Origin: Nitrospirales bacterium
GTDB lineage: Bacteria > Nitrospirota > Nitrospiria > Nitrospirales > UBA8639
Length of the DNA: 64,000 bases
Assembly: GCA_963555755.3 (NCBI GenBank)
Contig: OY820905.2
Span: 3,008,001-3,072,000, forward strand
Direction of reading: 5' to 3'
The notes beneath the pieces are model-generated. The model ran no database searches. It was not told the DNA's origin and saw only the letters and a program-made list of their open reading frames with translations. This document shows positions 1 through 10,790 of the stretch, piece after piece; positions within the stretch are counted from its first letter, which is position 1, and the number at the start of each line of letters is the position of its first letter. Position numbers and translations under genes: made by a program.

Positions 1-2
1 TG

Positions 3-230
3 ATTTTAAACCCCGAACAACAATCCGCCCTCGATGGGTTTCGGCAACAGTTAGTGGCGACCAGAAAAGAGCTGCGGGGCGTGCAACATGAGTTGCAGAA
101 AAATATTGAAAGTCTCGAAGGCATCGTGAAGTTTTTGAATATCGGTTTTATGCCCCTGGTGATCGTCGTAGGCGGTGTGGTGATCAGTGCCTACAAAATG
201 CGCCGCCGCCGAAATACTAAAGTTAAATAA
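3..230 (+). CDS. 3' end of Gldg-family/ABC-transporter auxiliary protein (partial)
   Basis: Frame 3 reads ...LVATRKELRGVQHELQKNIESLEGIVKFLNIGFMPLVIVVGGVVISAYKMRRRRNTKVK*: coiled coil, C-terminal TM helix and basic tail, directly upstream of a DUF4340 gene. Confidence 0.7.
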   Translation: MLNPEQQSALDGFRQQLVATRKELRGVQHELQKNIESLEGIVKFLNIGFMPLVIVVGGVVISAYKMRRRRNTKVK

Positions 231-241
231 CTCCCAAAGAA

Positions 242-276
242 CCCTCGCCCCTGAGGGGAGAGGGAAGGGTGAGGGG
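242..276. repeat. GC-rich palindromic intergenic repeat (CCCTCGCCCC...GGGAGAGGG...GGGTGAGGGG)
   Basis: Near-identical copy at about 31861-31900; related palindrome at about 3436-3470. Confidence 0.6.
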
Positions 277-1079
277 TTAACCCAAATCAGTGTAGTGCCA
301 TTTGAGGCCTCATGCCGACCCAACTGTTCCAAATATGAACACCAAAACGTTGACCATCATGGGTATCATCACCGTCGTCCTGATCGGTACGGCAGTGCTG
401 GTGTTCCAACAAAAGGAAACCGCGCCACCCCAAACGGGGCAACCAGTCTTCCCGGGTTTGATGTCCAAAATCAATGAGGTGTCAGAACTTGTTGTGAACG
501 CTCAAAGCAAAACCATGACGATTGTCCGAGATGGAGAATCGTGGAGCGTCAAAGAAAAACACCACTACCCCGCCAATATGGGAAAAATTCGGGAAGCGCT
601 CATCGGCCTAGGAGAATTAAACTTTCTAGAAGCCAAAACCAAAAATCCAGAATTGTATGAAAAACTTGGTTTGGAAGATGTGGATGCTGAAGGATCGATA
701 TCCATGAGGGTGACACTCAAGGATTCCGCAGGAACCTCCTTGGCCGAAGTCATTGTGGGGAAACAACATCCGTCCAAAGGAAACCCAAGTCAAGATGAAG
801 TGTATGTCCGCAAACCTGGAAATCCACAAACCTGGCTGACCATTGGCAAACTCTCTATTGAGAAAATTCCCAGCGAGTGGTTGGACAAGGATTTCTTGGA
901 GGTCGAGCCAATGCGCGTGCGGCGGGTCCACATCACCCATCCTGACAACACCATATTAGTGTTGGAAAAAGAAAACCCGGATGATCTGGATTTCAATGTA
1001 ACGAATCTTCCGGAAGGAGAAGAAATTCAATCACAATTTGCCGTGAACAATATTGTGTCAACGGTCACATCCCTGTCGC

Positions 1080-2983
1080 CAGGGCCATTTCATTCTTTTT
1101 ATAAGCAAGGGATTCCATGAGGTTTTTTGTGCCCTCTTTTTCAGGGCAGGGCCATGCGGATGGCTAAATGGGGCTTGCCCCAGAGCAGTCTACACGCCTG
1201 CGCGATATTGGTGTAGCCTTTCAGGCGTAAGAGACTGATGGCATAGCGTCTCAGACAGGTCATGACCATTGGGCCATTGAGACTTCGTATCTGACTCCTG
1301 TCTTCATCAAAGGTGACGTCCAACACATAATGCTGCTTATTCTCCACACTCCAATGCTTTCGGTTTTGCGAGAGGATGGTCTTCGGCCCCGCCTTGTCTT
1401 TGGACTGACTCGTGACACCGCAGACCGCTTCGACGGTCGTGAGGCCCTGCTTGAGATGCGTCACTTCCCTCTCAATGCAGAAGACTTGCTGGACATGAGG
1501 AAAGTTGACATAGGCATTCAGGGAGTCATCGCACCAGATCCTGCGGGTCGTGATCTGCCCATGGCCTTTCTCGGTGGTGGCATAATCGCACCGGCGTGCT
1601 CGCAACGCTAAGGCCTCAATGTCGTGCTTCAAGGTGGGCTGGTTTCCCTTGACGGTGAAGACGAAGTCGGCGCCGCGTTCGTGCACCAGGTACTCGGCAA
1701 TCTCTTTCTGGGTGAGGAGCGCATCCGCCGTGATCACCTTCCCTGCGATCTCGAGCGCATCTAACAGGGGCCGCACGCAGGGGATCTCATTGGTCTTGGA
1801 GTGAACTTTTTTTGGGTGAGGTGGCGCCCGGCTTGATGGGTGACGGCGCTGAGGACGTGGGTCTGTTCGCTTGGGACCTTCGACGTCCCCCGCATGGTCT
1901 TCCCATCAATGGCAATGCCCTGATCCTCCCCGCCGAAGGTGTCCAGCCACCGGCCGAGCAGGGTATCGACTTCACAGGGGTCGACGGCCGTGATAAAGCG
2001 GTAAAGAGTGCTGCGGCTCGGGACGAGGTAGCGCCCCCCTCGCTGAGTACAGCCTAGCCGCTTGCGCATCGGCTGCGATAACTGCTGGGCCCAGTCCGAG
2101 ATCGCTTCATAGCCGCGCGCGCCGCACAAGGTGGCACAGCACATGATCGCCGTGAGGGCGCGTCGGGTGTGCCGTTGCCCTTGCAAATGGCGGGGATCGG
2201 TCAGCTGCACCACATACGTAAAGAGGGAGTCCGTCTGTTTTGTATTCAATCTCATCTGAGGCGCTTCTCCTTTCTGATAGGGCTGATCAAGCATCGGGCG
2301 TGCAAGGATCTCTCGGGCTTGGGGATGCAGCCGCACGACTAGGATGCGCTTCGGTCTCTCATGCTGAACATAACACGTGTTCGACTTGCGAAACCCTCGT
2401 GTCAGACCGAGCTCGTGCCACCCGGCGGCCCGATAGCAGGTCCCGGTGAAGCGGGCAGGATCGACGAAGGTCTCTAAGAGGAGCAAGGGGTAGCCGTGGT
2501 ACAGTTGCCAATCGGACGAGATCCGTTTCGCGCAGAGCGACAGGACTTTCGAGGCGAGGTTCTTTTGCGAACAGCCCGGCAGCATGAGAAACCGGGTGTT
2601 GTTGGCCAGTAAATGGAGTCGTTGCCATTGAAAACAGGGGGGCCAGCCGATCCAGTGGTCTCGCGGTCTCGATTTGAGGGCCGCCGCCGCAAACACCAGC
2701 AAGGCCAGCCAGCGATCCTGCACACAGGCGAGATATTGTATCGATTGGCCAATCAGCGGGGCATGACCGAGGTAGTGGTGTCTGTCGAGAAGGGTCTTGA
2801 AGGCGTCCTTTTCGTCTCGGACAATTGGGCGAACCACGACTTGCCTCAGATCAATGTCCGGCTGTCCGCTTGGCGATTCGTCTGGCATGCAAAAGAGTAT
2901 GCCGTAAACGAAAAGAAAAAACCAGCCTAAATCGATTATTCCTTATTATCTATAAAGTTACACTTTAATATGAAATAGCCCTG
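1080..2983 (-). mobile_element. ISAs1-family insertion sequence
   Basis: TIRs CAGGGCCATTTCAT / ATGAAATAGCCCTG; 10-bp TSD TCCCTGTCGC at 1070-1079 and 2984-2993. Confidence 0.92.
1141..2888 (-). CDS. DUF4338-ISAs1 transposase fusion, two ORFs joined by a -1 frameshift
   Basis: ORF 2888-1761 has a DUF4338-like region (HHYLG, NNTRFL, LLETFVDP, GTCYRAAGW) then DPR...IAIDGKT. ORF 1776-1141 has ITADALLTQ, VKGNQPTL, RKHWSVENKQHYVLDVTFDED. A AAA AAG at 1806-1813 restores KTNEIP in the -1 frame. Confidence 0.85.
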
Positions 2984-3471
2984 TCCCTGTCGCTAGATGA
3001 TGTTCAACCAAGCAGCGAAATCTCCTTTGAAGATGAATCCGTGGTTACGGCAAACTTTGAGACATTTGATGGTCTCAAAGGCACAGTGAAATTGCTTCGA
3101 AAAGACGAGAAGAATTACGTGAAAATATCGGCAGCCTTCAATGCTGCTCTAATCTGGAAACCCGAACCCGAAGAAATTTCGGAAACCGAAAAACCAGTTG
3201 AAGGAGAAAATGCTCAGGATAAAGACGATAACGAGATAGTAGAAGCTCCCAAACCTGAGAAACCCAAGGTAAAAATAGAGGCCGAAGTCAAAGCCGAAAT
3301 TGAAGCTCTAAATAAAAAAGTCAGTGAATGGATTTACATCATCCCCAAATTCCGCGCCGATACCATCCTCAAAAAACCTGAAGATCTTATTAAGAAATCT
3401 TAGAAACTACCTCTCAAAAAAATGGCCCTTTTCAGTCCCCCTCCTTTGTAAGGAGGGGTAAGGGGGGGGAT

Positions 3472-4143
3472 TTATTCGGTCGTAATTTCTTGAGAGGAAC
3501 CAGAAGTTTTCTTACTCTTTTTCACCAACACGTCTTGGAGTTCCTGATACACCTGCATCAATCGGGAATCTTCGAGGCGATATGCCAGGGAAATCATCAT
3601 TAAGCCGAAGAGCAAAACGAGCACGCCTAATCCCGCCACGCCCAAGGCCATCAACAAGCCACCTGCAGAACTAAAACCACCATCAATCCCAAACATGATT
3701 AGAAATGCCGCTGTTCCAATCGTCACCAATCCTAACCAGGCCATCGTGATAATGCTCGAAGACCAGGGCGTCCGTTTGGTCAACTGTAATTCCACCCCTG
3801 CCTCTGTCGCGCGGAGTTCGATGGTCCCCTTCAGTGGCCATGCGGTTCGAAAGCGCATCGTAAATAACTGGTAATAAGGACGTAGGGTAATGACCCCTTG
3901 GTCTTCGAACCACCGGGCAAACCCATGTGGCAATTCAATAGTGTTTTGTTGGTTAAATCGTTTGAGAAGAGTTTGAGGGGTGAGGTCGTCGAGGTGGTCG
4001 CGGCGTCTGGCAATGCCGAAACCATATTGCGCGGAAATAGGTCGCAGATTGGTAAAATGATACCAATCTCCAATCAGAAGTAGTAGAAAAAGTATGCCTC
4101 CAAAAAGCCCCGCAAGAATCATAGCTGCTGCAACATAGCACAA
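3472..4143 (-). CDS. hypothetical membrane protein
   Basis: About 220-aa ORF with three hydrophobic segments; start uncertain. Confidence 0.7.
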   Translation of the reverse strand: MCYVAAAMILAGLFGGILFLLLLIGDWYHFTNLRPISAQYGFGIARRRDHLDDLTPQTLLKRFNQQNTIELPHGFARWFEDQGVITLRPYYQLFTMRFRTAWPLKGTIELRATEAGVELQLTKRTPWSSSIITMAWLGLVTIGTAAFLIMFGIDGGFSSAGGLLMALGVAGLGVLVLLFGLMMISLAYRLEDSRLMQVYQELQDVLVKKSKKTSGSSQEITTE

Positions 4144-4222
4144 CAGAACCCAATTCTGTGAAGACGTACTTTCACTTAGTGAGTGATTTGACTTACCTCA
4201 TATCGCTTAGCTACTATCTCTC

Positions 4223-5509
<1,287 letters not shown>

Positions 5510-5640
5510 GCGTGGTTTCCTCCTTTTTATTAAGTTCCCGCTCTAACAACGCTCGAATGTAGCCGGACGCAGTGTAGCCTTGGGTTCGCAAGGCATCGAG
5601 CTTGGCCTTGAGTGGTTTGGGTAATTGCGATTGATCCGTT

Positions 5641-6623
5641 ATTTGCTGCGCTATCAATGCTGCTTATGCCCTGCCAGTGACAGTAATGCTACGATCAGCA
5701 CTGACACACCTTAGTGGAAAACAATCCGTGGATGTCTATGTGGTTGATGATAACATCCTGCCTAGTGACAAAGGGAAAGTGGTGAACTCGCTCCCACAGA
5801 CGAGGTTCACGTGTATTGGCTGCGTCCCCAGCGTTCGGATTTTTCTGGACTGCCTATATGGGGGCGGATGCCACTGGTTACGTATGATCGACTCATGATT
5901 GCCCGACTCCTACCTGCTAGCATCAGTAAGGCAATTTGGCTGGATGCTGATTTGCTTGTATTTGGTGATATTTCTGAACTCTGGAACTTAGACGTTTCGG
6001 GGAGCCATGTCCTTGCAGTGAGAGATTGGCTAATCCCTCAACTCGGTTCACGCTTTGGTGTCGCTGGTTGTAAAAAACTTGGCCGAGACCCAGAGGCTGG
6101 GTACTTTAATGCTGGGGTCATGGTCATTAACCTTGAATTGTGGCGACGGGATGACATTGCGGCTCGTGCCCTAGCGTATTTAAAGCGTTACCGCGACCGT
6201 GTCTTTTTTTTGGACCAAGAGGGGTTGAACGCGGTGCTTGCTGGTAAATGGCGTCAGATAGACAGGCTATGGAATTGGAGTTTATTTGCTGAACGACAGG
6301 AACTCTCGTATCAGAACCGTAAGGGCATAACGATAGACAATAATTCGCGTCAAGATCCGCATATTCTACATTTCACGGGCAACTTGAAACCCTGGAACTA
6401 TAATGGTTCGACCGTCTATGATGAAATCTATTACCAGTATTTGGATATGACCGTTTGGGCTAACTGGAGACCCAGTAGAGGTTGGAAGCGAACGCTTCTA
6501 CATAAATATGCGTCATCAAATTTTCGGCAGTTATACTATGGGCCTGAACAGTGGTTGATGTATCTACAGCGGATGTTTAGTCGCCGCTACATCTCGGTGG
6601 ACGAAATAGCCGGAGGCCAATGA
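5641..6623 (+). pseudogene. glycosyltransferase family 8, frameshifted
   Basis: N-part (CAINAAYALPVTVMLRS...) and C-part (WLDADLLV, YFNAGVMVINL, DQEGLN, ILHFTG..KPW) lie in different frames near 5810. Confidence 0.8.
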
Positions 6624-6727
6624 AATCCCAACAGTTCAACATCTGCCAAAGTCATTTCGCTGAGATGGCCCTTGAGAATTTCACCAAGCATTTTCGCAAG
6701 CCCAACTTGATCCGCATGAGACTGGGG

Positions 6728-6860
6728 TGGTCTATCCCCGAAATGGTGGACACCTCTGAAACGCGCGACAATGCGCATTGAGGGATGTCATGCCGAAGCA
6801 GTGAGGCTATACCTAACCATTCAAAGGAAAAGCCCCACCGCCGAAACGATGAGGCTCTCA
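6728..6860. repeat. IS3-like terminal remnant fused to terminator hairpin, copy A
   Basis: Begins TGGTCTATCCCCGAAATGGTGGACAC; aligns end to end with 12720-12850. Confidence 0.65.
6828..6858 (-). terminator. intrinsic terminator (repeat family, 4 copies)
   Basis: Minus strand AGCCTCATCGT-TTCG-GCGGTGGGGCT-TTT; copies at 7674, 10390 and 12822. Confidence 0.75.
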
Positions 6861-7093
6861 TGGGTGACGCTGGTATCGATGGTTCGATTAGGCCAACACC
6901 CAGAGCCAGAACACCACCGTATTTTCTTCAGCTCTGTGTCCAAATTGTTCTAACGACATACACTTCACGTTGATCAAAGCATATTTAATCGCTTCCCACC
7001 CTCGCTCCCTTCCGGGTTACGTCAATAGTAAGCAGTCCCCGATATCGGGTATAGGATAGCGCCGAGAAGATCTTCATTGGCATTCATTCTGGC

Positions 7094-7564
7094 TCAGAAT
7101 GGAATGCTCGGCTCGCGCAATGCTCTGCTGGTATTGGGGCGCGCTCGATCCAAGGCTGCCGCCACATCCTGCCAGCCTTCGCAGCGGGTGAGGCCCGGGC
7201 GACGGCGATAAATGTTTAATAAGCGTTTGCACCACCCATAGACATAGAAAAAACCCAACACCAAACGACGTTCAAACCGCGAGGGGGGTCGTTGCCCGCA
7301 AATCAGCTTGTCGTCATAAATACCGCGATCGGTTAACCCAACGGCACCGTAGGCAGAGACCTCTACGCAAGACCCTGCAAGGATGCGCGGGCCCAGTACC
7401 ACCGCATCCAGCAAGTCCTCGTCCCCGCCTATGAACTCATGAATAGAGCCATAGTTGAACGGGCACGGTAACGGCGAGATGAAGTCGGCTGTACCCGTTG
7501 CACCGCGCTTGACGAATCCCCAGCGCGGCACTTCGATGACTACTTTGAAGGTTCTAGAATTCAA
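7094..7564 (-). CDS. inorganic pyrophosphatase-like protein (family I, short)
   Basis: VVIEVP...PFNYGSI...GGDEDLLDAVVLG...DDKLI motifs. Confidence 0.8.
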   Translation of the reverse strand: MNSRTFKVVIEVPRWGFVKRGATGTADFISPLPCPFNYGSIHEFIGGDEDLLDAVVLGPRILAGSCVEVSAYGAVGLTDRGIYDDKLICGQRPPSRFERRLVLGFFYVYGWCKRLLNIYRRRPGLTRCEGWQDVAAALDRARPNTSRALREPSIPF

Positions 7565-7670
7565 TGGTGTCTGTTCTAACGAACTCAGGACAGCTCAGCC
7601 CCAAAATGCCTGTCGCCGAACTCCCGCATTATGGAGGAAGGATACTGTATTTAGGTGTGATTGCAAAAGA

Positions 7671-7800
7671 AAAAGCCCCACCGCCGAAACGATGAGGCTC
7701 TCTGTTCGTGTAATGCTTGAATCGCCTACTCGTTTACGTCTTATTCTTCATCCGGTAGCCAACGAGTCCGACTAAGCCAGTGCCTAACAACAACCATCGT
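7671..7800 (-). pseudogene. orphan PEP-CTERM-like tail with terminator
   Basis: Minus strand TM/LLLGTGLVGLVGYRMKNKT* followed by the repeat terminator; PEP motif and upstream gene are absent. Confidence 0.6.
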
Positions 7801-7852
7801 CACAGACCAATTATGCAACAACGCTTGCACAGGCTTGAACAATCCCAAAGGA

Positions 7853-8044
7853 TTACTCCTCAGTACTCTCTTTAATTGCCTCTCCGGCTTCCTTCATCGA
7901 ATCTCCTCCCTCTTTAAGCGCCTTGTCGATAGCCTTTCCTGCCTTTTCCGCTGTCCCTTCTTCTTTCTGCCCACACCCGGACAGACCAAATAGTAGAATA
8001 ATCGTACTGCCTGTCAACAGACTCCATTTTAAAAAGGTCCTCAT
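7853..8044 (-). CDS. small lipoprotein
   Basis: GGAGG RBS, lipobox LSGC, EKAGKAIDKA helical repeat. Confidence 0.75.
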   Translation of the reverse strand: MRTFLKWSLLTGSTIILLFGLSGCGQKEEGTAEKAGKAIDKALKEGGDSMKEAGEAIKESTEE

Positions 8045-8254
8045 GATTTTACCTCCCTGGATAGTGATAAAAATACACTCGATTGAGTGAAAAGGATGAA
8101 GGCCAACCTCAGAATTCATCTAGTGATGACAGGACTGGTTTCATCCTTTCGGTCAGAAATAACGTGTGTATGGCGAATTCCTAATCACCGCTGTCAGAAG
8201 CCCAATGAGCCGGTTGTGTCTGAGCTTTCCCCGTTATGGGTTTTTTTACCAAAC

Positions 8255-8309
8255 GGGCATCTGAAAAACTCTAGCCTTTCAATGCGGATGAATTTATAGA
8301 AGGGACAGG
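8255..8309 (+). repeat. 83-bp structured repeat, partial copy 1
   Basis: ...TGAAAAACTC...AATGCGGATGAATTTATAGAAGGGACAGG. Confidence 0.8.
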
Positions 8310-8563
8310 GAGTTTTCCTGGGTTACCCTCGGGCGTCCTTTACGTTTTGGTTTCTCTGAAACATTGATGCTTTTGATTTGCACACCTGGGGGAAACCCCT
8401 GTAATGACATCATTAATGCTTGTCGGCGGACCTCATCCATTGAAACCTCTATGTGCTTTTTGGGTTGCTTCGTGAGTCCTATCCGCGGCAAGTTGATACT
8501 CTTTCTGCCCTCGCGAAAGTTCTTTTTATGTTTGTTGTCAGGCCAATGCTTCGAGAGTTTCAT
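8294..8563 (-). CDS. hypothetical basic protein
   Basis: AAGGAG RBS; ORF ends inside the repeat. Confidence 0.45.
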   Translation of the reverse strand: MKLSKHWPDNKHKKNFREGRKSINLPRIGLTKQPKKHIEVSMDEVRRQALMMSLQGFPPGVQIKSINVSEKPKRKGRPRVTQENSLSLL

Positions 8564-8631
8564 AATATTCTCCTTTTACCTGATCGTTCCTTATTATCGG
8601 GGGTCCCAATCAGGCCTGCTCCCTCACAGAT

Positions 8632-8922
8632 TCAGTTTTTGAGAGTTGGGCCTTTCCACATCAGATACGGAGGGTTTTTGAGCTCCACTGCCGATTTAGG
8701 GAATTGATGTTGCGCAGTGCCGTAAGCGAATTCTTGGGCCTCCAGACAGGTTGAACCATAAAAGTGCCCCGATACAGCTTTAAAATTCATTTGGCCTTGG
8801 CGGTCTGGGTTGGCCATATACAGTTCACAGATAAAACCATTTTCTTTGGAATAGTTGGTACTGATTAGTAGCTGGGACCCATCGGGAAGTGTGGTGATAG
8901 GATCGGTACTGAATGGGCTCAT
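8632..8922 (-). CDS. hypothetical protein
   Basis: AAAGGA RBS, 96-aa ORF. Confidence 0.6.
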   Translation of the reverse strand: MSPFSTDPITTLPDGSQLLISTNYSKENGFICELYMANPDRQGQMNFKAVSGHFYGSTCLEAQEFAYGTAQHQFPKSAVELKNPPYLMWKGPTLKN

Positions 8923-9368
8923 TGGTGTTCCTTTCTGTCACTTTCCTTGCAGATAGATCCTGGATTGAAACAAACCTTGGCCCGATTGGGTCAAGGCATT
9001 CCGGAAAAGGGGTGGGCAGGAAAAGGCAGACAAAAATGCTAAAATTAAGTCAGCCCAACTTCCTGCATTCCCTTGAAGATGTAGGAGCAATGAGCACTAA
9101 GGAGGGGTAAACACAAATGAACTGATCGTGCGAGGGAAGGACTTACAAATGTGAAGGCGCAATAAATAGGTTAGTCATCAGAACTCGCACAACAAAAAAT
9201 TTTAACATGATCTCTATCACTCGTCAAATTGCCGAGATTGGAATAAGGTCCATTATGTGGATCTCGAATGGTATTGTTACCTTAACGCAATTGGAACGCC
9301 GTAGGGCCTGTGCAGGGCGAATTGTTAATCATGCGACCCTTGGGGTGTAAAACAATCCCTGACAATAT

Positions 9369-9451
9369 CGTATGGGCAAAAAACTAATCTAGCCTTGGGG
9401 TATCTGAAAAACTCAAGTATTTCAATGCAGATGAATTAATGGAAGGGCCTG
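9369..9451 (+). repeat. 83-bp structured repeat, copy 2 (degenerate)
   Basis: CGTATGGGCAAAAAACTAATCTAGCCTTGGGGTATCTGAAAAACTCAAG...GGAAGGG. Confidence 0.8.
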
Positions 9452-9549
9452 ACTTGTGCCGTTTGAAAATACCTTGCCTGGAGGCCGGATGAGTGTTGTG
9501 ACCAGACGACATTGGCTATCTTTTATTCCTCTGTTGCGATATATTGAGG

Positions 9550-9742
9550 AAACTTATCGCGTGGGGCTTGGCGATGAGAAATCTAATTACCAAAGCCCGC
9601 AACTGGTGTTGTTTTGCCTGAGGGATAACTCGGAAGTGTCTGACTTCTGTCGCCTGAATGCAGCGTCCGCGGACTACTCCTTCCCAATGTTTCACCCTTC
9701 TCGAGCCTAAGACAATATCATTTTTTCAAAAGGAGGAATCCC
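9550..9742 (+). ncRNA. candidate structured 5' leader of RRM gene
   Basis: ATCGC/GCGAT stem whose loop GGGCTT can pair with AAGCCC; motifs shared with the leader at 43087-43285. Confidence 0.45.
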
Positions 9743-10066
9743 ATGAGTTCAAAATTGTATGTAGGTGGACTGCCGTATTCCACGACTCAAGCAGAATTAA
9801 CCGACCTGTTTTCGGCACACGGCACCGTCCAATCAGCGAACGTCATTAGCGACAAATACACCGGCCAATCCCGTGGATTTGGATTTATCGAAATGTCGTC
9901 CGGAGAAGAAGCTCAAGCCGCAATTACAGCCTTACATTCTACGGAGTTAGGTGGCCGAACGTTGACGGTCAACGAAGCCAAACCCCAAGCCCCACGTACT
10001 GGTGGTGGGGGTGGAGGCTATGACGGTGGTGGGGATTTTGGAGGTAAACGCCGCAGCAGGTTCTAA
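9743..10066 (+). CDS. RRM RNA-binding protein with Gly-rich tail
   Basis: RNP2 KLYVGGL, RNP1 RGFGFIEM, VNEAKP; AGGAGG RBS. Confidence 0.95.
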   Translation: MSSKLYVGGLPYSTTQAELTDLFSAHGTVQSANVISDKYTGQSRGFGFIEMSSGEEAQAAITALHSTELGGRTLTVNEAKPQAPRTGGGGGGYDGGGDFGGKRRSRF

Positions 10067-10088
10067 CGATAACCCCAATACGTCTGGT

Positions 10089-10124
10089 AAAAGGGAGAGG
10101 TCAAAAAGGTCTCTCCCTTTTTTA
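10089..10124 (+). terminator. intrinsic terminator
   Basis: AAAGGGAGAG...CTCTCCCTTTTTT after the RRM gene. Confidence 0.7.
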
Positions 10125-10149
10125 TCCCGAATTCAGCAGTTGAAAAGGT

Positions 10150-10233
10150 CGTATGGTCACAAAACCCATCCAGCCTTGCGGTATCTGAAACATTCAAGTT
10201 TTTCAATGCGGACGAATGTATAGAAGGGACAGG
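10150..10233 (+). repeat. 83-bp structured repeat, copy 3
   Basis: CGTATGGTCAC...GAATGTATAGAAGGGACAGG. Confidence 0.88.
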
Positions 10234-10387
10234 GATGGTACTACGTAAATTTACCTATTTCGAAATTTGAAAAAATAGCAAGTGTGCTACAAGGCCCCCG
10301 GCCGTTGACCAAAACAATTGTGGGGATCGACTTTTCCGCAGCACATACTTCTGTGTGAAGGCCACTTGTAACAAGTGACCAACGAAC

Positions 10388-10518
10388 AAAGCCCCACCGT
10401 CGCAACGATGAGGCTCGCTGTTTGTGTAACGCTCGTATCGACTACTCGTTGACGCCTGCACCTCCCTCATCCGGTAGCCAATGAGTCCGACTAAGCTAGA
10501 GCCTAACAGCAGGATCGT
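10388..10518 (-). pseudogene. orphan PEP-CTERM-like tail with terminator
   Basis: Minus strand TILLLGSSLVGLIGYRMREVQA; the position that is a TAA stop in the 7671-7800 copy reads TCA; homologous to 7671-7800. Confidence 0.6.
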
Positions 10519-10790
10519 GATACGTTTGGTTTTCTAGAGCTGCCATGAACCTGGGCACAAGGGTCGGTCAGACCCGTCTCGCAGGGTGAATTCCTGCATG
10601 TCAGACGGCGGAGCCCGCAGATTGACCCCTCACCGCGTTCTTTGGTACGTTGCGGTCTAGTCAAAAAGGCCTTTTGAATTTCCTATTCCCAAACCAACAG
10701 ACTTGAATAAAGCAGCAATCCATGTCACCTTCACACCATGAAGCAAACCCATCAGAGGAATAACCGCACAGCAAATGCGGAGGATGCCAA

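Larger units (their letters stand above)
335..3403 (+). pseudogene. DUF4340-domain protein interrupted by ISAs1-family IS
   Basis: Removing 1080-2983 plus one TSD copy joins ...STVTSLS|LDDVQPSSEISFEDESVVTANF... in frame (384 aa); N-terminal TM helix. Confidence 0.85.

Noticed and set aside
6946..7620. GTTAGAAC (minus strand) on both sides of the PPase gene as attC core sites
   Set aside because: I could not build convincing L-box pairings or a matching inverse core
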